Assembly (NCBI RefSeq): GCF_039654945.1
Contig: NW_027361982.1
Location: forward strand, 3,720,001-3,784,000
Origin: Dendrobates tinctorius
Lineage: Eukaryota
Direction: 5' to 3'
Length of the DNA stretch: 64,000 nucleotides
The position numbers were made by a program, and so were the translations under genes. Numbering within the stretch: position 1 is the stretch's first letter; every line of letters starts with the position of its first letter. Below are positions 12,681 to 24,298 of this stretch, piece after piece. The notes beneath the pieces are model-generated. The model had not been told where the DNA came from and did no database searches. It saw nothing but the letters and a program-made list of their open reading frames with translations.

Positions 12681-13206
12681 TTTTTTTACATTCAACACAT
12701 TAGCCGGATGATGGGACTACTACTGTCCCATCATTGGCTAATGTGTCAATCACTGTCAGTGTAGCAGGCATCGCCCGATGGGACTTGTAGTCCCATCGGA
12801 CGATGCCTGCACACACACAAGACCCCCGGCAGGCCCGCACAGACCACCGGCAGCCGGCACAAGCCCCCCGGCAGGCCCGCACAGACCACCGGCAGTCGGC
12901 ACAGACCCCCCGCAGTCGTCACAGACCGCGCACCATGATGCGCACAGACCGCGCATCATGATGACGTCATTTCAGCAGCCAATCCCAGCCATGCCAATAG
13001 TTAACATGCCTAGCAGGATGTGCCCACACTTCTGAGGATTCCCATAGGCTGAATCAAATCGAGCAGGCTAATAGCTTTATGGGAACTTCCGATTCCGGTA
13101 TCCGATATGAAAAAAGTATCGGAAGTCAGTATCAGAATTCCGATACAGCTAATATCGGCCGATACCCGATACTTGCGGTATCGGAAAGCTCAACACTACT
13201 TATTAC

Positions 13207-13896
13207 GCCTTCTAAACTCCCGACGTTGCACCCTAGACAAAACCCCATCACATTGCATAGGTTCAGACATTTGTTCAAAGGTGGCAGCGCCTCCCATGTA
13301 GTTTTACGTTCACGTAAATGCCGATCAACTTAAAGGGCTAATGACATAGAGCCATCCAGACCAGAGGGAACAGGAAATCCCACCATAACATCCTTTACGG
13401 TCTCTGATAAACGTTTCCGAAAGAGAGCTGCCAGTGCACTATCATTCCATGTAGTAAGGACCGCCCAGTTTTGGAATTTTTGACAGTACAACTCTGCAGG
13501 ATCCTGACCCTGGTCTAATGGCAACAGGGTTCTCTCAGCTTGATCAACGGCATTAGGTTCATCATACAACAACCCCAAGGCTTGAAAAAATGCATCCACA
13601 TTAGTCAAACTAGGATTTTCAGGTGTCAGAGAAAAAGCCCAATCCTGGGGATCGCCGCGCAGCAAGGAGATGACAATTTTAACCTGCTGCACAGAGCTCC
13701 CCGATGAATTAGGCTTCAAGGCAAGAAATAATTTACAATTATTCTTAAAATTCAGAAATTTAGACCAATCCCCAGAAAACACATCAGGAGTAGGAATCTT
13801 AGGTTCAGGAGCATGTGACTGAATGAGGTAGGTGGAAATTCCCTGCACTTCAGCAGCAAGTTGCTCCACACGATCAGACAATTGCTTAATCTCCAT
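13207..13896 (-). pseudogene. Gypsy gag (capsid part); the zinc-knuckle part lies at ~3100-3183
   Basis: MEIKQLSDRVEQL...EPKIPTPDVFSGD...VISLLRGDPQDWA...LDQGQDPAELYCQKF retrotransposon-gag pattern; premature TAA at 13330; joining across the insertion gives PMQCDGVLSRVQRREFRRRNKLCFFCGDASHTISVC (CCHC knuckle). Confidence 0.9.
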
Positions 13897-14052
13897 TAGG
13901 AAAAAAAAATAAAAAAATCCTCCTACGGCCCCAGAAAAAAAAAGAGGAAAAAATATACAAAAAAAACAAAAACCTTCTGACACTTTTTTTTCTTTTCTTT
14001 TTCTTTTAAACAATTTTTCCCTGCTTTTGAGTACCCTAGAATCTGCGGTATG

Positions 14053-14063
14053 GCTGGTGATTC
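14053..14063 (-). promoter_or_regulatory. Self-priming primer-binding site (GAATCACCAGC)
   Basis: 11 nt immediately after the LTR end; exact reverse complement of LTR positions 14731-14741; not a TGG-starting tRNA PBS. Confidence 0.8.
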
Positions 14064-14921
14064 TGTTATGAGGAGGAACAACAAAAAGCTCAGTCCCAGA
14101 AAACCAGAGAGGTTGGTAACTATGCAGATTGCAGATCCCTGATCTTAACCACAGAACTAATAGTAGCAGTGGAGCGTTCCTACGATGTTCCTAGACGCCT
14201 CGTCACCGCCGGAGGACTACATAAACCTAAAACAAGAAAAGGGAAAACTAACTGCCCCAGAGCAGACCCGAAAGGAATAGACAGCCCCCACACATGTATT
14301 GATGGTGAAACAAGATGAAAACACAAACACAGGCAGGAAAATAGGCTGAGCAAACGATGGGGCCCGACTAACTAGAAAGGACAGGAAAGGAAAGCCACTG
14401 TCTGATATCTGCCAAAAAACCCTACCAAAATAATGTCCCACACGTCTGATAGCAAAATTAACCCTGAAGTCACTAGACTTCTCCTACTATATCAGCACTC
14501 TGGAATATTCTGAAACAGAGCAAAAAGAGGCCAATCTAATAAGGGACAAAAAGGCAAATTGGCAAATACAGATAAATAGGAGTGGAAGTTCAGCATACCC
14601 CCAGCAGGGGCAAGCTGACCACACAAGAAACTGAATTGACCAAAAAGCACAAGTGTGAACATTAGCAAAAAACAAACTTAACTTGAGAAGACTGGAAGAG
14701 AGCTGAAGTCCAAGACCTGAGAAGCAGACTGAATCACCAGCACCAGGATAGGGCATCGGCTGTCTTAAATCCAGTCTGATACTCCAGAGATCCAATCGTT
14801 ATCCTCCTCATCAGGTGGCAGATCACTACCACTTAAACCAACCTCACTACCTCCTGTCACCACCAGAGGGAGAACGGAAGGAGAACTCTCAACTGGTGGA
14901 GCAGAAAATGAGCTCATAACA
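14064..14921 (-). repeat. 5' LTR of the Gypsy element (858 bp)
   Basis: Perfect 9-bp terminal inverted repeat TGTTATGAG...CTCATAACA; lies upstream of gag on the minus strand and abuts satellite DNA at 14922. Confidence 0.88.
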
Positions 14922-16603
14922 CTACAGCCTACACATCCAGACTGCAGTTATAGGAGGCTCCAGACTACACATCCAGACTGATGTTATAGGAAGGGAGGCT
15001 CAAAACTACACATCCAGACTGTTGTTATAGGGGCTCCACACTACACATCCAGACTGCTGTTATAGGGGGATCCAGACTACATATCCAGACTGCTGTTATA
15101 TGCGGCTCCAGACTACACATCTAGATGGCGGTTATAGGGGGCTCCAGAATACACACCTATATTTCTGTTATACAGGGCTCCAGACTACACATCCAGACTC
15201 CTGTTATCGGAGGCTAGAGACTACATATCCGGACTGATGTAATAGGGGCTCCAGACTACACATCCAGAGTGCTATTAGAGGGGGCTCGAGACTACATTTC
15301 CAGACTGCTATTTTAAGGGGCTCTGGACTACACATCCAGACTGCTGATATAGGAGGCAACAGACTACACAACCAAACAGCTGCTATAGGGGGCTACAGAC
15401 TGCACTTCCAGACTGCTGTTATAGTGGGCTCCGGACAACACATCCAGACTGCTGTTATATGGGGCTCCAGACTACATATCCAGACTGCTGTTATAGTGGG
15501 CTCAAGACTACACACCCAGACTGCTGTTATAGGGGGCTCCAGACTACACATCTAGACTGCTGTTATAGTGGGCTCCAGGCTACACATCCAGACTGCTGTT
15601 ATAGGGGGCTCCAGACTACACACCCAGACTTCAGTTATAGGGGGCTCCTCCAGCATGCACATTCAGACTGCTGCTATAGGGGGTTCCAGACTACACACCC
15701 AGACTGCTGTTATAGGGGGCTCCAGACTACACACCCAGAATTCAGTTATAGGGGGCTCCTCCAGCATACACATCCAAACTGCTGTTATACGGGGGGGGCT
15801 CCAGATAGACTACACATCCAGACTGATGTTAAAAGGGCTCCAGACTACACATACATACTGCTATTATATGGGCTCCAGACTACACATCCAGACTGCTGTT
15901 ATAGAGTGATCCAGACTACACACCCAGACTGCTGTTATTGGGTTCTCCAGACTATACATCCAGACTGCTGTTATAGGGGGCTCCAGCCTTCACATCCAGA
16001 CTGCTGTTTTAGGGGGCTCCAGACTACACATCCAGACTGCTGTTATAGGGGGCTCGAGACTACATTTCCAGACTGCTATTTTTAGGGGGCTCTGTGTTTC
16101 AGTCTTTTGGTGGTGTGAACACTGTCCTACAGACTTGTTCACTGTGTGCATGGCCCATGTGTTTGTGTTACATCCAGACTGCTGTTATAGGGGGATCCAG
16201 ACTACATATCCAGACTGCTGTTACATGCGGCTCCAGACTACACATCTAGATGGCTGTTATAGGGGGCTCCAGAATACACACCCAGACTGCTATTATAGGG
16301 GGCTCCAGACTGCACATTCAGACTGCTGTTGTAGGGGGGGCTCCAGACTACACATCCAGACTGCTCTTATAGGGGCTCCAGCCTACACATTCAGACTGCT
16401 GTCATAGGGGCTCCAGACTACACATCTAGACTGCTGGTATAGGGGTATCCAGACTACATATCCAGACTGCTGTTATAGGGGGCTCCAGGCTACACATCCA
16501 GACTGCTGTTACAGGGGGCTTCAGCCTAAACATCCAGACTACTGTTATAGAGGCTCCAGACTACACATCCAGACTGCTGTTATAGGGGCTCCAGTCTAGA
16601 CAT

Positions 16604-17286
16604 TGTTACATCTCCTGGAGTGGACCCTTTGGGCCATGATACCAACCCACCCTGGGCGAGTTGACCTAGTGAGGACCACCCCCTATACTGGGAGCGTCAG
16701 GGGCAGGCCAAGGGGAGTAAAGTACCACGACTGCTGGTACCAGGAGGCCTGCTCTAAGGAGGCTAGGGAAGAAGACACGCGAAAAACCGAAGATTGCAGG
16801 GCGAGTACGGAGGAGCACACTGAGTCCTGGAGAAAGCATGCAGAGTACAGGAGCGTGCAGAGTATGGGAGAGCGTGGAGCATGCACTAGGATGCACTCTG
16901 GGTACAGGAGAGCGCAGGGCACGCACTGGGAAGCACGCTGGATACAGGGGAGCGCAGAGCGCGCACTGGGAATTACGCTGGATACAGTAGAGGGCAAAGC
17001 GCATTTGGAAGCACGCTGGATACAGGGGAGCACAGAGCGCGCACTTGGAAGAACGCTGGATACAGGAGAGCGCAGAGCGCTCACTGGGAAGCACGCTGGA
17101 TACAGTGGAGTGCAGAGCGCGCACTGGGAAGCACGCTGGATACGGTAGAGTGCAGAATGCGCACTGGTACCCTCGACGCGCCTGCCAAGTCGGAAGTGAA
17201 GGAGAGACCCTGGAGGAGCCCGGCCCGCGGCACGCGTAGGAGCGAGGTAAGTGTCCCGGGGCTGGAGGGCAGATGGCGGCGTAACA
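16604..17286. mobile_element. Solo LTR inserted in the satellite
   Basis: TGTTAC...GTAACA termini; 5-bp TSD GACAT/CACAT (one mismatch); internal GGGAAGCACGCTGGATACAG repeats; no internal coding region. Confidence 0.78.
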
Positions 17287-18152
17287 CACATGCAGACTGC
17301 TGTTTATAGGGGCTCCAGACTACATATCCAGAATGCTGTTATAGGGGGCTCCAGACTACATATCCAGAATGCTGTTATAGGGGGCTCCAGAATACACATC
17401 CAGACTGCTGTTATAGTGTGCTCAAGACTACACATCCAGACTGCTGTTATAGGGTGTTCCAGACTACACACCCAGGCTGCTGTTATAGGGGGCTCCTGCC
17501 TACACATCCAGACTGCTGTTATAAAGGGCTCCAGACTTCACATGCAGACTGATGTTATAGGGGTTCCAGACTACATATCCAGACTGCTGTTATAGGGGCT
17601 CCAGACTACACATTCAGATTGCTATTATAGGGGCTCCAGACTACACATCCAGACTGTTGTTACAGGGGCTCCAAACTAATCATCCAAACTGCTGTTATGG
17701 GGGCTCCAGCCTACATATCCTGACAGCTTTTATAGGGGGATCCAGACTACACATCCAGACTGCTGTTATAGGGGGCTTAAGCCTACACATCCAGATTGCT
17801 GTTATATTGAACTCCAGACTACATATCCAGACTGCTCTTATAGGGGGCTCGATACTATGCATCCAGACTGCTGTAGAGGGTGGGCTCCAGACTGCACATC
17901 CAGACTGCTGTTTTAGGGGGATCCAGACTACATATCCAGACTTCTGTTATAGGGGGCTCCAGAAGACTACACTTCCAGACGGCTGTTATATGGGGCTCCA
18001 GACTACACACCCAGACTGCTATTATAGGGGGCTCCAGACTAAACTGCTGTTATAGGGCGCTTAAGACTACGCATCCAGATTGTTGTTATAGGGAAATCCA
18101 GTCTATATATCCAGACTGCTGTTATAGGGGGCTCCAGACTACACAGCCAGAT

Positions 18153-18425
18153 GGGCAGCACGGTGGCTCAGTGGTTTAGCGCTGCAGCCTTGCAGCGCTG
18201 GGGTCCTGGGTTCAAATCCCACCAAGGACAACATCTGCAAGGAGTTTGTATGTTCTCCCCATGTTTGTGTGGGTTTCCTCTGGGCACTCCAGTTTCCTCC
18301 CACACTCCAAAGACATACTGATAGGGAATTTAGATTGTGAGCCCCATCAGGGACAGTGATGAAATGTGTGCAAACAGTAAAGCCCTGCAGAATATGTTAG
18401 CGCTATATAAAGATTATTATTTATT
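18153..18425 (+). mobile_element. tRNA-derived V-SINE
   Basis: A box TGGCTCAGTGG, B box GGTTCAAATCC, V-domain-like GGAGTTTGTATGTTCTCCCC...GGGTTTCCTC...TTTCCTCCCACACTCCAAAGACAT, L2-like tail ending in (ATT)n. Confidence 0.88.
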
Positions 18426-18552
18426 ATGGCTGTTATAGGGGGCTCCAGACTAAACATCCATACTGCTGTTATAGGGGGCTTAAGCCTACACATTCAGTTT
18501 GCTGTTATATGGAGCTCCAGACTACATATCCAGACTGCTGTAAGAGGGCTTT

Positions 18553-20027
18553 TCACATTTTTGGATGTATTATACTTTATACTTTCTTTACGTCTTATTA
18601 CTTTTTTGCGATCGCTCTTATACAGGAATTAAATTTTGAAATGTCCCTAAAATATATCATTTGAGTAATATGGTTTTTATTGAATAATATCAACGCATTC
18701 ATTCAATATCGGCCGTGATTTATGTGTCATTTATTCTGCTCCACCTTAAAATATCAGAACAGTCACTACCCAAGAAAAGTGGCCAAGTAATGCGGTCACC
18801 CCTTATCTATATGGGCGAAAATAAAAAGCTTCAAGAAAACATCTTGGGACAAATGGACGACAAGGCAGGGCAAGTCAATACAGCTTTTTGTAGCAACAGT
18901 GTGATGACCCAGTTTTATAAAGAAAAAAAACCAATGAAGAACAATCACCTTCTCCATAAAAATAAACACCAGACATCTGCCCCTGAAGAAGGCAGCGCCA
19001 GAAAACGCTGACGCTATTGCTGTAGTACATGCACATTCTGGTATGACTCCAGTTTTGCACTTTATATAATTATGTTTCCTACCTTCATCTGATGGATGTG
19101 GATTAATAGTATCAGTTATGCATTTTGTGTCTTCTATCCTGATGCACGTGCCTTTATACAGGTGATGTATGATACATGTTGCACTGACACTTGCTCGTTA
19201 TCATACCACTTGGTACATTATGGATATGCATATACTTTTATCGCATTTTGCAATTACATGATTGTGCATTTATGTCCCATCCCTGGAAATTACTTGCATG
19301 GCGTATCACATATTGTACTATATTACTTGCTTTTATCATCTTTGCCTTGTTGTCTTTTTGCCCATTGTAGTTCTGCTTCTCAGCATAGAAGGAGGCATCT
19401 ACAGCCTCTATATCTCACAGTTCATAGCATACTGCATAATGTCATTCTGATTCACATTAAATAAGATGTCTTCTACAGCCTGTATATATTACAACACATA
19501 GGAAACCAAAAAATGACAATCTGCACCCACCTTAGTATAGAAGGTGGCAACTACAGCCTCTATGTATCACAGTACATAGCATACTGTAGAATGACAATCT
19601 GTTCTTCAGTACAGTAGGTAACTTCTGAAACCTTTGTGTATGACCATACATACCATACTGCAGAATGTAGTTTTGCTTCTCTGTATGGAAGGTGGCATTT
19701 ATAGCCTTTATATACAGTATAACAGACAAAGTAGACAGCAGAACGCTGATTCTTAGTAAAAAAAAAAAAAAGGTAGCTTTTACAGCATTTACCCATCAGA
19801 ATGACACTCTGCTCTTCAGTATAGCAGAAGGCTTTACAGCTCCTGCAGCCTCGATGTATCATGGTACATAGCATACTGCAGAATGACAATCTACTCCTTA
19901 GTATAGTAGGTGACTTCTACAGCCTCCGTGTAACACAGTACATAGCATACTGCAGAATGCTGTATCTCCTCATTATAGAAGTTGAGCTCAAAATTTGCTG
20001 AAGTAGTCATGTACCTGATCTGGAGGG
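18553..20027. repeat. Segmental duplication copy A (paralogous to 28171-29227 plus 30668-31084)
   Basis: Near-identical sequence, including ORF-track pairs 18715/28335 and 19096/28714; both copies end in CATGTACCTGATCTGGAGG. Confidence 0.9.
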
Positions 20028-20730
20028 ACTCCAGACTACATATCCAGATTGCTGTTATAGGGGCTACAGACTACACATCCATACTGCTATTGTAGGGGTT
20101 CCAGACTACATATCCAGACTGCTGTTATAGGGGCTCCAGACTGCACATCCAGACTTCTGTTATAGGGGGCTTCAGCCTACACATACAGACTGCTGTTATA
20201 GGGGTCTCTAGACTACACATCCAGACTGCTGTTATCGGAGGCTCCAGACTACACATCCAGACTGATGTTATAGGGGGCTCCAGACTACACATCCTGACTG
20301 CTGTTATAGGGGGTTCCAGCCTACACTTCCAGACTGCTGTTATAGGGGGATACAGACAACACATCCAGACTGCTGTTATAGGACGCTCCAGACTACATAG
20401 CCAAACTGCTGTCATAGGTAGCTAAAGACTACACATCCAGACTGCTGTTATAGGGGACACAAGACTACACCTACAGAATGCAGTTATAAGGAGGCTCCAG
20501 ACTAAACATCCAGAGTGATGTTATAGTGGGGCTACAGACAACACATTCAAACTACTGTTATAGGGGGCTCGATACAACGCATCTGGACTGCTGTTACTGG
20601 TGGCTCCAGACTGCACAGCCAGACTGCTATTATAGAGGGCTCCAGACTACACACCCAGACTGCTGTTATAGGGAGCTTCTCCAGTCTACACAACCAGATT
20701 GCTGTTATAGGGAGCAACAGACTATACACC

Positions 20731-22224
20731 CTGACCCACCTCTTCAACTTATCATTAACTTCTGGTACCTTCCCTTCTGCTTTCAAACATGCCATAATCA
20801 CACCTATCCTTAAAAAGCCGTCCCTCGATCCAACAGCCTCGTCCAGCTATCGCCCAATATCGCTACTCCTATTCGCTTCTAAACTCCTGGAGCAGCATGT
20901 CCACACTGAACTTTCCTCCCACCTCTCATCTACCTTGCTTTTTTACAATCTACAATCTGGCTTCCGCCCCCATCATTCCACTGAGACAGCCCTGACCAAA
21001 ATTACCAACGACCTACATACAGCCAAAGCTAACGGACAATACTCTATACTCCTGCTTCTAGACCTGTCCTCTGCTTTCGACACAGTTGACCACTGCCTCC
21101 TACTACAGATCCTCTCCTCCTTTGGCATCAAAGACCTCGCCCTATCCTGGATCTCCTCATACCTTTCCAACCGCACATTCAGCGTCTCCCACTCCCACAC
21201 TAACTCCTCATCCCACCCTCTCTCTGTTGGAGTCCCCCAAGGCTCTGTTCTAGGACCCCTACTCTTCTCAATCTACACACTTGGTCTGGGGCAACTCATA
21301 AAGTCCCACGGATTCCAGTACCACCTTTATGCCGATGATACTCAGATCTACCTCTCTGGCCCAGACATCACCTCTCTGCTCTCCAGAATCCCAGAGTGTC
21401 TATCAGCCATATCCTCCTTCTTCTCCTCTCGCTTCCTCAAACTCAATGTGAACAAATCTGAACTGATCATCTTTCCCCCATCTCACAGATCTTCCTTACC
21501 CGACCTTTCTATAACAATTGACAACATCACGCTTTCCCCCGTACCGGAGGTCCGCTGCCTCGGAGTAACCCTTGACTCTGCCCTGTCCTTCAAATCGCAC
21601 ATCCAAGATCTCTCCACCTACTGTCGCCTCCAGCTAAAAAATATTTCCAGAATCCGTTCCTTCCTCAACCCTCAATCTACTAAAATGCTTGTGCATGCCC
21701 TCATCATCTCCCGCCTCGACTATTGCAATATCCTTTTCTGTGGCCTCCCTGCTAACACCCTTGCACCTCTCCAGTCCATTCTCAACTCTGCCGCCCGACT
21801 AATTCATCTCTCTCCTCGCTACTCCTCCACTTCACCTCTCTGTAAATCTCTTTACTGGCTCCCACTCCCTCAGCGTATCCAGTTCAAATTACTAATACTG
21901 ACCTACAAGGCCATCTACATCCTGTCTCCTACATACATCTCTGAACTAATCTCCAGATACCTTCCCTCAAGGAATCTCCGGTCCTCCCAAGACCTCCTTC
22001 TCTCCTCCACACTTATTCGCTCCTCACCCAACCGCCTCCAAGACTTCTCCCGAATAGCCCCCATCCTCTGGAATTCCCTGCCCCAACACGTCCAGCTATC
22101 AACCACACTCGGATCCTTCAGACGGAACCTGAAAACTCACCTCTTCAGGAAAGCCTACAGTGATCCCCGCTGCCTCCTCACCACTACTGGAGCTACCGCC
22201 TCACCATCACTGGAACTGCTGTAA
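20731..22224 (+). CDS. L2 ORF2 fragment (reverse transcriptase and C-terminus), uninterrupted frame without a start codon
   Basis: [55 protein letters not shown] and SRLDYCN motifs; frame is open from 20731. Confidence 0.9.
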   Translation: MTHLFNLSLTSGTFPSAFKHAIITPILKKPSLDPTASSSYRPISLLLFASKLLEQHVHTELSSHLSSTLLFYNLQSGFRPHHSTETALTKITNDLHTAKANGQYSILLLLDLSSAFDTVDHCLLLQILSSFGIKDLALSWISSYLSNRTFSVSHSHTNSSSHPLSVGVPQGSVLGPLLFSIYTLGLGQLIKSHGFQYHLYADDTQIYLSGPDITSLLSRIPECLSAISSFFSSRFLKLNVNKSELIIFPPSHRSSLPDLSITIDNITLSPVPEVRCLGVTLDSALSFKSHIQDLSTYCRLQLKNISRIRSFLNPQSTKMLVHALIISRLDYCNILFCGLPANTLAPLQSILNSAARLIHLSPRYSSTSPLCKSLYWLPLPQRIQFKLLILTYKAIYILSPTYISELISRYLPSRNLRSSQDLLLSSTLIRSSPNRLQDFSRIAPILWNSLPQHVQLSTTLGSFRRNLKTHLFRKAYSDPRCLLTTTGATASPSLELL

Positions 22225-22246
22225 CCCCCCAACCTACTGTCTCCTT

Positions 22247-24298
22247 CAGGCCCGGATTGGCAATATAACCAACCGGACATTTTCCCGCTGGGCCGCTGTC
22301 ATGTGGGCCGCGCCAACTGATGCGGCCACTGGCCTGGCTGTTGCTCCTGCCGCATGCCCTCTGCGGGCACGGCGGTTATAGTTTACTACCCTCCCGCACT
22401 GCAGAGAGATAAGCCACCACGCCACCCCCACGCACCCCATCCTCGCCATAGCATGAGACCTCCCCCCACAGCGACTCACAGCGTCGCTTGCCTGCTCTCT
22501 TCTCTGTTCACAGGACCTGTGATGAGGTCACAGGAGGGGAGGAGTCAGGGGTCACATGATCAGGAGCCTTTGTCCAGACCCCTGATCATGTGACCCCTGA
22601 CTCCGACCCTCCTGTGACCTCATCACAGGTCCTGTGCGCTCAGCCTTGCCTCTTGGTGTCTGCAAGACTCTGCTGTGCTGTTGTCATGGTGCTGGATGAG
22701 GTAAGTATGTGTGGGGTCAGGAGGGTTTTACAGGCTAGATGTAGTAGAGCTGTGTATGTATGAGGTGTACGAGGTGTACGGAGCGGAGCCGTGTGTACGA
22801 GGTGTACGGAGCGGAGCCGTGTACGAGGTGTACGCAGCAGAGCCGTGTGTGTACGAGGTGTACGGAGCGGAGCCGCGTGTGTACGAGGTGTACGGAGCGG
22901 AGCCGCGCGTGTACGAGGTGTACGGAGCGGAGCCGCGCGTGTACGAGGTGTACGGAGAGGAGCCGCGCGTGTACGAGGTTTCCGGAGAGGAGCCGCGCGT
23001 GTACGAGGTGTACGGAGCAGAGCAGCGCGTGTATGGGGTATACGGAGCGGAGCCGTGTGTGTACGGAGTGAAGCCATATGTGTACGGGATGTACGGAGCG
23101 GAGCCAATGTGTACGAAGCATACAAAGCGGGCTTTTCCCACGGACACAGGAGTACATGGCGGAGCCCCGAGGAGCATTTTAAAACACACACATGATGTTC
23201 CACCTTAAGTGATGTGCTTGAAGCTGACCGGAAATGAGGTAATTTCATGAGGAGATTGTGACGGAACCAGGAATGCTTCAGATCCATCACCATGTCCTCC
23301 TCCAACAGCGCAGACAGCAGGATCGCCTTGGAATCGGGGTCCATGTGAGCGGATCATGATATGTCCTGCTACGGGAGGCTCAGGTGGGCACTACAATGGG
23401 AGCCGGGCTGCTATAGTATCTTTATAGAAACTTTCTTTATTTCTTTCTCTCTTTTTCTTTCTCTGTTCTTTCTTTCTCATTCTCTGTTCTGTATTTCCCT
23501 CATTTTCTTTCTCTCTCTTCTTTCTTTCTCTCTCTAATCTTTCTTTTTTCTTTCTCTCTCTCTGTTCTTTCTTTCCCCTTTCTCTTTTTCTTTCCTCTCT
23601 TTCTTTCTCTCTGCTCTTTCTTTTCTTTAATTCTTTCTTTCTCTCTCTGTTCTTTCTTTGTCTCTCTCTGTTCTTTCTTTCCCCTCTTTCTTTCTCTCTC
23701 TGTTCTTTCTTCATTCTCTCTCTGTTCTTTCTTTCTCTCTTGCTCTCCTTTATTTTTCTCTTTTTTCTTTCTCTCTGTTTTCTCTCTTCCTTAGTGCCAG
23801 TGAGTGTGCCCATAATGCCAGCCACTGTGCCCTCAGTACCAGTCAGTGTGATCAGCAGTGCTAAATGGGTGCGATTAGGCGTTGACATGGGTGTGACTAG
23901 TTGCGAAATGGGTGTGGCCAAGTGTGGCCTAAAATTTGCCTGGCATGGCCTAAAAGTCTTTGTCCCTCTTTCCCTTCTTCAAAAGTTGGGAGGTATGATA
24001 GGGGCAGCTATGACCAGGGGGTCTGGTTGCCCAATGGATAGCAGTTCTGCCAGGAATTCTGTCACCGTGCGTATAAAAGGGGACAGAGCTTTGGGAGGAG
24101 TACTGTACCTAAAAGCAATAAATAGGACTGAGCTGAAATACTGGGCACAGCTCTGACTACATGTTATATAGTCATGTTAATCTCATCTCACTTCTTGTAC
24201 CCTACCAGTGTACAAAGATATTATATAGTCACCATGTGACTAGTGGGCCTGTGTAACTTCAAATGCCAGGGCTGAATTTTAGTCCCAGTCCAGCCCTG
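22247..24298. mobile_element. Non-autonomous hAT element in the L2 3' UTR
   Basis: Perfect 8-bp TSD GTCTCCTT (22239-22246, 24299-24306); imperfect TIR CAGGCCCGGATTGG / CCAGTCCAGCCCTG; contains a hairpin (22510-22637), a 30-bp minisatellite (22760-23120) and a CT-rich tract (23425-23790). Confidence 0.85.

Larger units (their letters stand above)
3184..13198. mobile_element. Non-autonomous hAT-type foldback DNA transposon inserted in Gypsy gag
   Basis: TIR TAGTGTTGAGC...GCTCAACACTA; perfect 8-bp TSD CTTATTAC at 3176-3183 and 13199-13206; subterminal CCGATAC repeats; long internal inverted arms. Confidence 0.9.
1..14921 (-). mobile_element. Ty3/Gypsy chromovirus-type LTR retrotransposon (decayed; 3' end runs off the window start; interrupted at 3184-13198)
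   Basis: Minus-strand order LTR-gag-protease-RT-RNaseH-integrase-chromodomain; the gag reading frame rejoins across the 8-bp TSD of the nested insertion. Confidence 0.93.

Noticed and set aside
11539-12698. His/Tyr/Thr-rich ORFs up to 340 aa
   Set aside because: Translation of a CATA/TAC low-complexity tract.
13330-14013. Domesticated gag gene (PEG10/RTL-like)
   Set aside because: Has an adjacent LTR, a premature stop, a transposon insertion and a frameshifted pol with a mutated YxDD; it is a dead retrotransposon copy.
18153-18225. tRNA gene
   Set aside because: A and B boxes are present but continue into a V-domain and LINE-like tail, so this is a SINE head.
23391-23921. Lys/Arg/Glu-rich ORF
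   Set aside because: Reverse complement of a CT-rich simple repeat inside a hAT element.
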